Made by a program: the position numbers and the translations under genes. DNA of 64,000 nt from Stramenopiles sp. TOSAG23-3. Taxonomy: Eukaryota. Positions 1-10,527 of this stretch are shown piece by piece (position 1 is the stretch's first letter; each line of letters starts with the position of its first letter). The notes below the pieces were generated by a model, which ran no database searches, was not told the origin of the DNA, and saw nothing but the letters and a program-made list of their open reading frames with translations. Location: positions 1 through 64,000 of the forward strand of contig LT642149.1 of NCBI GenBank assembly GCA_900128585.1, written 5' to 3'.

Positions 1-223
1 AGAAAATTGGAATTTTTAAGGGTTTTAAAGACACTTTTTTAAGTAATTTTTTATTTTGTGATGGTAATTAGCTGTTAAAGTTGTTGAGAGGTCGATTGGT
101 TAAAAATTACCAGAATCCCCCTATATACTACTCAATTATCATATGATAATCAAAATACATTTAATAGTATAAGTTTGCCTCAGTGCCATATTGTCCCCTC
201 CACTTCTCGGGCAAATCACGAAA

Positions 224-1819
224 TTAGACTAGCTTCGACGCGTCGGGGCCACCAGGAATCTCAATTGAAATGGATGAGGACGATCTCTCCGAACCCGACC
301 GTTCCCTTCTCGCCTTAATAAATTGTCTCATTTTCATAATGTCTTGATTCAATTCGATGACGTCTTCCGCCCCCGCCTCTGCCCACGAAATCACTCGTTC
401 ACAGCAGACACGATCGGACTCCGGCTCTCGTATGACATTCAAAACTCCGTGATGGTAAAAACTCCAGGTAATCACCGTAAACATCATCCCGATGATGACA
501 TCCACGGTGTAGTGAAAGTGAGTGGCAACTATAAAATAATACTCCAGCAAGCAACAGCACCATACAAAGGCCTTAACAACGGTCAGCCGGCGTGCGGGTG
601 CAAACGCTCGCATGTGCCTTGGGCGCGACTTGTCTGACACATGCTGCCCACAGCAACAAAATGTTCGGAACAATCTTCTGACCCTAGCTGGGCACACGTG
701 GCCATTCATTAACGGCACAACGTGCGTATACTGGTGCCAAACAAGGGCCAAGAGTGTAATGTTGAGCGTGTGCCCGCTGTAAAGGACATCGGCGCAGGTG
801 GACGCATTTCCAAACATGACGTTGAGGCCCCCAATGAACATGTTGTCGGTCAAACCCTCCCCCCATCCTTTTCTCACGCAGTCGTAGAAAGGGTTCGGCA
901 GCAGGGTGACGATTATTGTCACCCCTCTCAGGAGAAACAACATGCCCAGACAAAACCACCACCGCCTGAATATGGTCAATCGCATTGGGGTCAAAGAGAA
1001 GCGGATGAACGTCATCCCTGCCACCACCCCCAGCCATCGATCGGGAAAATTTCGTTCATCGGGACTGTTAAGATGCTTAAAAATATCAAAACCGATGTCG
1101 GGGAGTTTCTTAATGCTTGAAGTATTGTACTTGGGGAGCGGTATTGGGCCCTGGAGAAAGCGATCGGCCCTCCTTTGCGCAACCACCTGCATCACGCAGT
1201 TAAAGTAGACGCAGCAGAACGTGAAGGTCATAGTAACCAACAGTGACCTGACACGGCGGTCTTTTAAGGAGGCCTTTATCCATTTTAGAACAGTAAAGTT
1301 GGGATTGACGTGGTAGCAATCCAAGGGGTCCTTTTTGGTTCCCATTAAATTAAGCTCTGTATTCCCTTTTTTTTCGTGCTTCCGGATGAGACGTTCTCGG
1401 ATACGGCGCTGGTGCGGAAGGCACGGGCATATGCACAGCGCTGCTCCCCTGCAATAAAATGTGCCCAGCAACGGTTTGCCCACCAGGGGATGAACGAATT
1501 TGTCGGACCTCTGTTCCTCCTCGTTACCGCCCCCCTGCGCACCGTAATAGATATCCCACAAGTCTCGACCAGTGAAGCTGTCGTACGTGCCTCGGGTGTA
1601 TGCTGCAAGAGAGGCGTCGGAGTCCGAACGCAATAGCATCGCACTTGGCTGGTCTGTTTTTGCAGCGCCCCTTCCACCGCCATTCTTGTTTACGCTCCAC
1701 GTGTTTCCACCGCCATTCTTGTTTACGCTCCACGTGTTTCGGATCCGTTCATCGGTGCCCGCCCCCTGAGGTTTACTTTCGTCCCCAGCACCGGGCGCGG
1801 CGTGTCCTGCACGCGACAT
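224..1819 (-). CDS. Sphingomyelin/inositol-phosphorylceramide synthase family protein (PAP2-like)
   Basis: 531-aa ORF with SMS motifs LPDIGF (D1), RGVTIIVTLLP (D2), CADVLYSGHT (D3), HFHYTVDVIIG (D4) and several hydrophobic segments. Confidence 0.9.
   Translation of the reverse strand: MSRAGHAAPGAGDESKPQGAGTDERIRNTWSVNKNGGGNTWSVNKNGGGRGAAKTDQPSAMLLRSDSDASLAAYTRGTYDSFTGRDLWDIYYGAQGGGNEEEQRSDKFVHPLVGKPLLGTFYCRGAALCICPCLPHQRRIRERLIRKHEKKGNTELNLMGTKKDPLDCYHVNPNFTVLKWIKASLKDRRVRSLLVTMTFTFCCVYFNCVMQVVAQRRADRFLQGPIPLPKYNTSSIKKLPDIGFDIFKHLNSPDERNFPDRWLGVVAGMTFIRFSLTPMRLTIFRRWWFCLGMLFLLRGVTIIVTLLPNPFYDCVRKGWGEGLTDNMFIGGLNVMFGNASTCADVLYSGHTLNITLLALVWHQYTHVVPLMNGHVCPARVRRLFRTFCCCGQHVSDKSRPRHMRAFAPARRLTVVKAFVWCCCLLEYYFIVATHFHYTVDVIIGMMFTVITWSFYHHGVLNVIREPESDRVCCERVISWAEAGAEDVIELNQDIMKMRQFIKARRERSGSERSSSSISIEIPGGPDASKLV
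1672..1740. repeat. Perfect 33-bp in-frame tandem duplication within the SMS gene
   Basis: TTCCACCGCCATTCTTGTTTACGCTCCACGTGT twice; encodes NTWSVNKNGGG x2. Confidence 0.95.
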
Positions 1820-2885
1820 TTTACTTTCCCCGGTAGAACGAACGACGAAACAAACAATTTAAAAATCTACTCTTGTACAAAAGAGCAAGAGTTTCAAGAA
1901 ACAATAGAACGAAAGAAATACTTTCTATTTTTTATTAAATTGCTATTTTCATAGAAACAGTCTAACAATAATCCTCGAATGTTCGTAGAAGAATACATAC
2001 ATACGACGTCGTCTGTTATCAGTTGTTTGAACAGATCTTTAATCAAACAAATACGAGAAGTAGTAGAGGAGTAGTATATTCCGTAATTTTTTTTTATTTT
2101 TTTATTATTATTATTATTTAAATAATAAATAATAAAATTATTTTTTGTTGATATTGTTGTGCGCTGAGCGCTGACTGACTGACAAGTTCAAGTTACCTAT
2201 TAACAATTCTTCAGTTTTGTACTTATTAATTAATTGTATACGTATTGTATAAATAAATTGCAGGAGCAAATGCATGTACATAGCTTACGAGGACAGTATT
2301 AATAATAACGACAAAAAACAGATTTAAATAGATAATGAATCAACTGATTCTTCTACTTCGTTCGTACGTAGACTACCAAAGTTTTAATACAGAGAAAAGA
2401 GTACAAAAGGGAGGAACTCTTTTTTTTTAATTATTTTATTATAAAAAATACACACATTTCGTTCCTTGTATTACCTTATAATATTATAGGTAAGGTACAG
2501 GTACCACCCGTAGTAGTACACCACAACGAAATAGAATAAAAGAGATGATTATGTGAAACGGATAACTGATTTACTTCTACTCGTACCGTCCGTAGTACCC
2601 TCTAATGTGTTTGTTATATTATATGACAACTACCGTATACACGTACGAGGATATATAAAAAAGTAAGTGATGTGTACAAATTTGGATAACGGACGGGTCG
2701 GGAATCGTGAAGGATAAGTAAATGTACGTATATTTTACAGGAATAATAGGAAAGATCATATACATTAAAAGAGACCTACATTTTGTCACCCGATTATAAT
2801 TGTTACGGGTTTCTTGCCGGATCATGCATTCTTTAATGAAATAGGGGATCCCTTTTCACTATGGCGGGATCAAAAGAAAACCGGC

Positions 2886-3671
2886 ATGAGAACTACCCGT
2901 GAAGCCAGCGATTACCACAACGAACACCACCGAAAACGAGCCTCCAAAGGTTATAGACGCCCAAAGTCGGCGGCACATGCAGCTTACAAAGCGTACCGAA
3001 AGAGGTTTTGGAAAGATCACCAGAAATTCGAGTTCATTTACGCAACTCACATCGACAAAGAGACGGGAAAGCCAGTTTTTCCCAATTCGGAACCAGTGCG
3101 ACCACGCCCGTGTTCCCCGTGGCTGCAGCCACCCTCGCCACGCCCCCCGACAGCCACCCGCGCCTCTGCAATTCGGGAAAAACTATGGATCCGTGAAAAG
3201 CAGGAGATAGACACAAGCATTTCTGCTAGACTCAACCCCACCAGGCCATCGTCAAGGATTACGAGGCCCCAGACAACAAATTCTCGTAAAATCCGTATTC
3301 GACGGCACGGGAAATCTTACAATGGAGTCCTCAATAAAAAGATGAAGCCGTTTGTGGCAGGGAATTCTCGCCACCGAAGGAAAGAAGTTGTTCCTGGAAT
3401 TCTAACTGGTGTATCAATGGTTTTAAAGAACAATGAAGCGAAAGATAAGAGTCGAGCACATGGTAGTAGGAAACCGTCCACGGTTGTCAAGCCCGGAACA
3501 CCACTGTGGAAAGAGCCACCACCTTCGCCAATTTTGGTGCGACATAATAAGTCATCCTTGCTAATGAAGCAGCGGTGGTCACCTAGAAACATGGCTGGGA
3601 CAAGTCTACGATTGGGTGTTCCGCCAACTCACCCAATACAGCCCACGAGATGCGCAACGACAAACTGGTGA
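2886..3671 (+). CDS. Hypothetical basic, Arg/Pro/Ser-rich protein
   Basis: GC-balanced ORF between AT-rich spacers; first in-frame ATG at 2886 (listed start 2814 is TTG); no recognisable domain; true start uncertain. Confidence 0.6.
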   Translation: MRTTREASDYHNEHHRKRASKGYRRPKSAAHAAYKAYRKRFWKDHQKFEFIYATHIDKETGKPVFPNSEPVRPRPCSPWLQPPSPRPPTATRASAIREKLWIREKQEIDTSISARLNPTRPSSRITRPQTTNSRKIRIRRHGKSYNGVLNKKMKPFVAGNSRHRRKEVVPGILTGVSMVLKNNEAKDKSRAHGSRKPSTVVKPGTPLWKEPPPSPILVRHNKSSLLMKQRWSPRNMAGTSLRLGVPPTHPIQPTRCATTNW

Positions 3672-4000
3672 TTTTTTTCTGAGTCCCAAAAGTGTGAGGT
3701 GCGTGTCAGGTAATTATTAAAACAAAATATTCTGGCTTAAGTTAAATGTTTAAAGCAAATAAAATGGCTGTTGTTATTCACAAAAGCATTTTTTATAAAT
3801 TTCTCTCCAGTTAATATAAATTGTTGTGTAAAAGGTACGCAAATTGATTTATTAAAATACACTACACTAAAGGCATACTATAAAAAAACTAATGAGATAT
3901 ACTATATAATTTTTTAAAAATACACTGAGTACAAAAGCTCATATAAAATTTGTTTGTTAAAGAGCTATTAAACTTTCTGGTTCTTCTGGACATTTCGTTT

Positions 4001-7000
4001 TTAGTGCATACTGATGTTGCTTAACCTGTTCTCCAAGTCTAGTATTTTCGTTCCTAGCTGTCTCCAGTTGCCTTCTACCGAAAGTTTTGAACCGAGGCAC
4101 ATAAAATGCCGCTTCGGGTCGCTCTTCAGAGCACTACAGTCTTTTTCATGCCACACGTGCTTGATGGTCATGTCGTACAGTCGATACAAGTAAAGGCCTT
4201 GCTTTCCAAGTAGCCTGTGCATGACGACGTCTTCCATCCCCCACATAGTATTTGAAGCGTCATACTTTACTGTGGCATCGGCCGTAGCGACCGATACCAT
4301 GCCGTACCCAAAATTTCTCCATTTTCCCGTTTTGTAAGTGACCTTTCCCTCGCTACCCCCACTCAATGCTGGGTTGTACTCTGAAAACGTTATGGGAAAG
4401 TAAGCGCTTTCCCCTTTCCTTGCAAATGCACGACTTCGATAAAAGTAAGCAGAAGTGACCGTCATATCGATGTCCAATATAACGCTTATGCTGCCTTTTT
4501 CTGCCGTGGCAAGTCCCAGGTTCAAGGTAGAGGAACGAGAAAACCTTCGCCCCGTTCCCTTAATTTGTACGTCTTGGTTGGTTTCGCCTATGAACGCCCC
4601 TACGATGTATTCGATTTCCGCCCACCCAACTTTATTTGTTGTCGAATTGTCCGTGTTACACAGGCCCCAGGCTATAATAATAATCTTTTCCCCGCCCTTC
4701 ACACTGGCAAACTCTTTACCAACGGTGTTTAAAAACCGTTTCAAAGTAGTCAAGCGGCAAGCAAATGGCACGATCAGCGACAATTTCGTATTTTCTACCT
4801 TAACGTTGGAAACCGGCTGTGCAAAGGCCCCCCCTCGATACGGCACATGGACTAGATAGTGTTGTCCGTGGGTCTGCTTGCCTGAGTCGTGGTCCACAAG
4901 CAACAGAAAATCAGAGAATTCCCAATTTTGAACAATTTTCCACTGCCCTTCAACTTTCAGCTGGTTATCGTTTGTATTGTGGACTGTGCGCATGTGCGCC
5001 AGGGCTAATTTCGAGGCTTCGGAAGCCGTGTACTCTTGCACATCGTTCATTGGTTGTGATACATCGGTCCCATAGTACACGCTTCCCTCCTGGATTTCTC
5101 CCCAAAGTATTTCCTTTTTCAGCATTTTTGGATGCTTTGACCATTCCCACGGTGGGATGGCAGGCGGAGTGTCATCTGCGCCTTTCTTTGTTGCGGAAGC
5201 AACTGCCTTCTTTTTCGGTTTGAATTGGTAAATTTCTTCCTTGCTCATGACATGCGAGGACGGGCTTGCTAAATTTCTTTTGTCTTTCCCGTGGCAGAAG
5301 TTCCCGTCTAAATCACTATTGAACGACCCGTACATATTGAAGTCGATGTTAAAGGCTGGATTGTCAAGTATGTCTTTCACATTGCTGCAGGACATGGCCC
5401 CCCACGCATCGATCTTCGAGCCTAATTCCAGGTACTTGACGTTCTTCTTGTCTTTGAATTTTGAAACGCATATTCCCATACCAGCGTCTTCGACGCGAAA
5501 ATTCGGCTCCGACTCGGCTTGCTGGGCAGAGAACCTGGCCAGCTTCGAAGTGAGCCCATACCCACTGCCGCTCATGTAGTTGGGGAACTTTTTATGGGGG
5601 TACATATCGTACATGTACCATGCATTTTTGGGGTCTTGAATGACGTCCCCACTGTCCCACATTTGGTTCCCATAGTACACTTCATGGGAGGAGTCCAGCG
5701 TGCGCTGGTAGTCAAGCAAGTGGTCCAGCAGTGTCAAGACCCGGACGTACCCATCATCGTCGGTCTTGAAAATGTATCTGCAGTCGGTGTTCTGGGATGC
5801 CCAGCCGAACCATTTATACGACTTTTGAAAAAGGTTTCGATAAGAGTCTGTCATATTTAGCATAACGATGTCCTTGTGAGTGTTGTTTTCGGCTTTCAGG
5901 GATTTCTCTAAATGGGGGGATAGCTCCGTGTTCCCCAATAAAAAGTAGACCTTAACGGTCTGCAACACATTTGCAACTTCCCCCCACGTCGACCTTATGG
6001 CAAATCTCGCCACGGATGAGCTAGCACGGCACAGCACACCAATTGCCAGTTGGCATTGGGGCGGTTTCCGTGCCTCAGGAGCACTACTAGCCAAGATAGC
6101 AGTTTCTTCAACCTTTCTCAAAATAGCATAGCGGACGTACCGAAAGTGCTCTACTCGCTTTAATGGGTGAAACAGCGCACAAGTGGCCAGGTCGTTCTTT
6201 ACGTACATGTACGGTTTCCCCGCAACCCCTCTATTCTTTACGCCGCCCCACATGTTTCTTTCCTGGCAGAACAGCGTCTTCACTTGGCGCTTTTGGTTTG
6301 GTTTCGCATCAGTCGGTTCAGCCCATGAATACCCCAAATTTGGATAGTCTTTGTCGTTGATGCCTGGGTCTGCGGCTGGCGTGGGGACTATACCAGCTTG
6401 ATTAAGGCACCACCCCACCGTCGAATCGCTGCTCCTGCACTCGAAATCATGGTTTGCGCTTAGCGCAGTTGTATTTCTACAGAGTGCCCAACGCGCACGC
6501 ATCTTTTCCAAGGACGCCCGACTGAGCACGTAAGCTGCCCCGCTACAGTAGTGGACCCCCATGTTTTTGCTACAGGAATCCTTCTCCTTATCAAAACTCT
6601 TCTGGCAAAGGCAGTGATGAAGGGGTCGACCCATGTACAGCGCCTTTTTTGGATCCAAGTTGCGGACTATGCGCTCCAACCTTGGCCCGTGAATATACGT
6701 ATCATCGTCACTCTTCAAAATGAAATCGTAGCTTTGGTGAGCAGTGAAGTATTCGTACGCCCGCGTGGTTTTTTCTAGTGGTGGGTAGGCCGTGTCAGAG
6801 ACTCCGGCAAGCGTCAAGACACCAACATTGTGTTGCTCCGCAGAGCTATTCTCCAGAAAAATACGCTTCAACGTGGTAGTCGCTTGCTGAGCTCCGCCCC
6901 CAACGACGTAAATGATGTCCGCGAACCGATTCATTTCGTGAAACCAGTTTACGGGGTGGCTGCGAACATGCCCAGAAAATTTCCCCTGCCTAGACAATAT

Positions 7001-7487
7001 CATTATGGCAACTCTATGGCCCTTGTGTTTCAAAAATGGAGCCTCCTTTCCTTCCTTCAATCCTATCAACTCTTCCGACCCTTGTTGGGGCTTTGTGCTC
7101 TTTTCCTCGGTGCGCCCCGTTTGGGAATGTTCTTTGCCTTCGTGGGGATGGGCAAGGGCTTTCGGGGCATTTTCGGTTTCATCCACCTTGAGAAAAAACG
7201 GCACTGCATCGATCGGTGGCGAAGGCGTGATTCGTTTTCCCCTTTCCTCAACGGCACGTGTCAAACCGTGCCTCCCGAAAGGCACAGAAGTACCGCTTGA
7301 AAGGGGGGGGGGCGTCTCGACCATTTTGCTTTCTAAAATGTTCAGGGCGACTTGAAAATACGCGCTTGTGCGACTTGATCTGCACACTTTTGTGCACAAT
7401 CGAATTCAAGCTCGAACCTATATTTGAAATGCGCCCAACAAAAACGCCACAAGTGACCCAAAATACCACTTGCAAAATTTGCCGCAT
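4001..7487 (-). CDS. Multi-domain glycosyltransferase, chondroitin-synthase-like (Fringe-type GT31 + B3GalT-type GT31 + CHGN/GT7); frameshift at 7303-7312
   Basis: YDFILKSDDDTY/YCSGAAYVLSR; AIRSTWG/DSYRNL/YIFKTDDDGYV/VEDAGMG; LIVPF/FSRS/LDIDM/YFPITFSEYNP/GKWRNFGYGM/WGMED/HVWH. Signal anchor MRQILQVVFWVTCGVFVG (ATG 7487) lies in another frame and joins if one C is removed from a C10 run. Confidence 0.85.
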
Positions 7488-8130
7488 TGAAAAAAGGCCA
7501 CTGACCGGTTGTTCGTTCGCAAAACCCCACACCACACAAATAAATAACCCGAGCGGTTAGAAAAAACAAAAGGATAGTCCGACGCAGGGAAAAAATTGAA
7601 ATCTGCTTTAAACTATCGGGTTTAATCTAAATTAGAAAGCCTATGTCAAATCTTCTGTGGATGTCTTGTCTCTTCTTTCTTTAATCAACAATTGATCATA
7701 ATCTTCTTTTCGCAATCATACTTCAAGCAAAGTGAGCGAGCGTGTGGTGAGGTCGTGTTCGTGTCGTCGTTCTCCTTCCTTTTATTATTTCTTTCTTCGA
7801 AGATGATTAAAAAAAATACGTTATAAGTATCACTTTCTTCTTCTTCTCTAAAAAAAATAATAATGAACTTATACTATTCTATAGGTATTTACGATATATT
7901 ATACTTAAATACTGTACTTAATTATACAGAATACTATTATTATTAGGTAAGGTCATAGTTATTGTAATTATATTTGTATTGTAAATATCTATTATGATAG
8001 GACTCGGATAATTATTTTATTATTTTTTTGCGAAGAAAAAAAACTTCTTCTTCTTTTTTTTGTTTTTTGTTTTTAGTCGTCGTGTAATTTATAAATAGTT
8101 GGTTTTGTTTATAATGTTTTTTATACAAAG

Positions 8131-8769
8131 TCATACTTGAAGTGCGGCAGATAAGCTGCGAACATAATCACCAGGCTGATGAGAGGGAAATACTTCGTAG
8201 AAGGCGCTTAATGCTTCTGTAGAAGATTCCCGCCTCTCTTCAAGCTCACGAGCGAGGCGTGCAATAGTGTCTGTGGCAGAGGTGTCGATATTGAAATCAA
8301 GGTTTGCAGTCGCCTCCCGTGTCGACAGGCGCCATGATTCTAGCGTGTCGCCTATCCCACTCAAAGCCGAGAGGTGAAGCAAATATATTCCACTTTCCAT
8401 GTCTTCCTTTAATTCGTTGCTCAAAAGTTGGTCTTTCAACTTGTTGTACTTTTCACTAGCGTAATATTTTATTGATCTTGTCGGCGTTTCTTCTCCGCCT
8501 TCTTCCACGTCAGGTTCAAGGACCATACTTCGGTACAACGATATGGCTGCCCTATTTGCAATATATTCAGGAATTTTCAAATGTTTTCGACGTTTTAGTC
8601 TTTTTCTACATGTGGTACTTTGGTTGTTGTGAATCCTCTCTATAAGAACGCGACACGTTTCAGACAAGAGCACTCCCTCCTCCTCTTTAGTTTCCTTTTC
8701 CACTAAGGCAACCTCATTGTTGTTCTCTCGCCTCAGCCTTTGAACGTGTTTTCTAGAGAATTCTTCCAT
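8131..8769 (-). CDS. Hypothetical protein (212 aa)
   Basis: ATG-initiated ORF with coding-like composition; basic patch RKRLKRRKH; no recognised domain. Confidence 0.65.
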   Translation of the reverse strand: MEEFSRKHVQRLRRENNNEVALVEKETKEEEGVLLSETCRVLIERIHNNQSTTCRKRLKRRKHLKIPEYIANRAAISLYRSMVLEPDVEEGGEETPTRSIKYYASEKYNKLKDQLLSNELKEDMESGIYLLHLSALSGIGDTLESWRLSTREATANLDFNIDTSATDTIARLARELEERRESSTEALSAFYEVFPSHQPGDYVRSLSAALQV

Positions 8770-9112
8770 AAACTATGTTCCGGTTTCAATAAACCTATAC
8801 TTTAACGTTAAAAACGCCAGTTTTCTTTCTCTCTTTAATATTGATCTATATCATTTAATCGTTTAAAAAATATACATCAAAGTCGGTAGTTTATACTTTT
8901 TTTTATATACAGATATTTTTCTTCTCCACTTCTTTTTGGAATTACCAACAAGGTTTTTGTTCTGTGTGTGTGTTGTTTTTTCTTCTTCTTTTCCTTTGTT
9001 GTGATGATGTATAATATTGTCCTCCTCCAATAATTATTATTAATAATAATTCGAAATTCAATTTTTTTTTCCTTCCCGAAATTTATAACGGAAGACGGAG
9101 CGAGACGAAGAA

Positions 9113-9394
9113 ACCAAAGAAAGAAAGAAGAAAGAAGAAAAAAGAAAAAAGAAAGAAAAAAGAAGAAAGAAGAAAGAAAAAAGAAGAAAGAAGAAAGAAG
9201 AAAGAAGAAAGAAGAAAGAAAAAAGAAGAAAGAAGAAAGAAGAAAGAAGAAAGAAGAAAGAAGAAAGAAGAAAGAAGAAAGAAGAAAGAAGAAAAGATAG
9301 AAAGAAAGAAGAAGAAAAAAGAAGAAAGAAGAAAGAAAAAAGAAAGATAGAAGACGAAAGAAGAAGAAAAAAGAAAGAAGAAAGAAGAAAAAAA
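9113..9394. repeat. Purine-rich (AAAGAAG)n-type low-complexity tract
   Basis: About 280 nt of almost pure A/G with 7-mer periodicity. Confidence 0.9.
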
Positions 9395-9911
9395 GTTTTA
9401 TTACTTACACCGAAGTAATACCATGGTTGTACAGGTAATAACGAATTAATTCCCCGCGTCTTCTTTCTTTCTTTCTTTCTTTCTTCTTCTTCTCTAAATT
9501 TTTTATCTTCTCCATATTGCGAAGTTATCTCTAATACTACCGTACACCGTGTATTTCTTTTTTAGAATCGTAGTCGTCGTCTATTATTATCAGTAATATA
9601 ATAAAATTAATAAAAAATAATGTATTAACACTCCTCCTCTTCTTCTTCTCTTTCCTCTTACCGTAGAAAAGAAGACGACTGTTCCGTATCTTGGTACTTC
9701 GCGTAATAATTACGGTACTTCATAACTATTAAAGAGTTTAGTTGTTTGTTTAGCCGACGAAAGAAAAAAGAATGGACGATACAATGACAGCGACATAAAT
9801 TGGAGAAAGATAAGATTGGGCTTAGTAGAATTGTGTTGTTCAAATTTAAATTAGTCTTCACTGAAGTTTCAGGATTTGACTTATAGATAATTAAGAACAT
9901 TTAAGCGAACA

Positions 9912-10040
9912 ATGAGGCTTTCAACTATCGCACTGCTTGTTCTCGTTTTTGCAGCCTTGTGCCTGTTTTCTGAAACTGCGCACTTAGTCATGTGTCTCAT
10001 TCTCTTTCTTTCTCTTCTTTCTTACCTCTTCTTCTTTTAG
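9912..10040 (+). CDS. Short ORF with signal peptide; probable truncated 5' end of a secreted protein, or a micropeptide
   Basis: MRLSTIALLVLVFAALCLFSETAHLVMCLILFLSLLSYLFFF*; below the ORF-track cutoff; about 250 bp upstream of an assembly gap. Confidence 0.4.
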   Translation: MRLSTIALLVLVFAALCLFSETAHLVMCLILFLSLLSYLFFF

Positions 10041-10102
10041 TAGAAAAATAAAAAGTTTTAATATTGTTCCCATCCGGCACGTGAAGAAAATAAATTTGAA
10101 GT

Positions 10103-10230
10103 GATTCATTTTCGCGGTATATGAGGAAGCTAAATTTTAATTACTCTAAAAATAAATAACAGCCAATTTTGTTTTTAAATTACTTAAATACTATACAAGA
10201 AAATTGGCTGTTGTTTAAGTAATTAAAATT
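10103..10230. repeat. Dispersed repeat copy followed by an inverted partial copy
   Basis: GATTCATTTTCGCGGTATATGAGGAAGCTAAATTTTAATTACT..AACAGCCAATTTTGTTTTTAA then AAAATTGGCTGTT..AGTAATTAAAATT; matches 45136-45235 and 52328-52430. Confidence 0.8.
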
Positions 10231-10292
10231 AATGTACTGCGAACTGAAAACTGAAAACTGAAATCTAGAGTGGAGTCCATGAACGATCCGAA

Positions 10293-10362
10293 NNNNNNNN
10301 NNNNNNNNNNNNNNNNNNNNNNNNNNNNNNNNNNNNNNNNNNNNNNNNNNNNNNNNNNNNNN
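10293..10362. other. Assembly gap (70 N)
   Basis: Run of N. Confidence 1.
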
Positions 10363-10527
10363 AGGTGCTCGTTGTCTGACTTGTAAATCGGTCAAGGGGT
10401 TGTTATCTGTGGGTTGAGATGTCGGGGGAGGGTCGTTTGCGGTATTTTAAATAATAGCCAGTTTTTTGTTTTTAAATTATAATTTTTTCCATCATAATAA
10501 AACTCTTATCTATCATCCCTGTGTACA

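Noticed and set aside
9113-9394. CRISPR-like periodicity
   Set aside because: Simple repeat with no unique spacers; eukaryotic context
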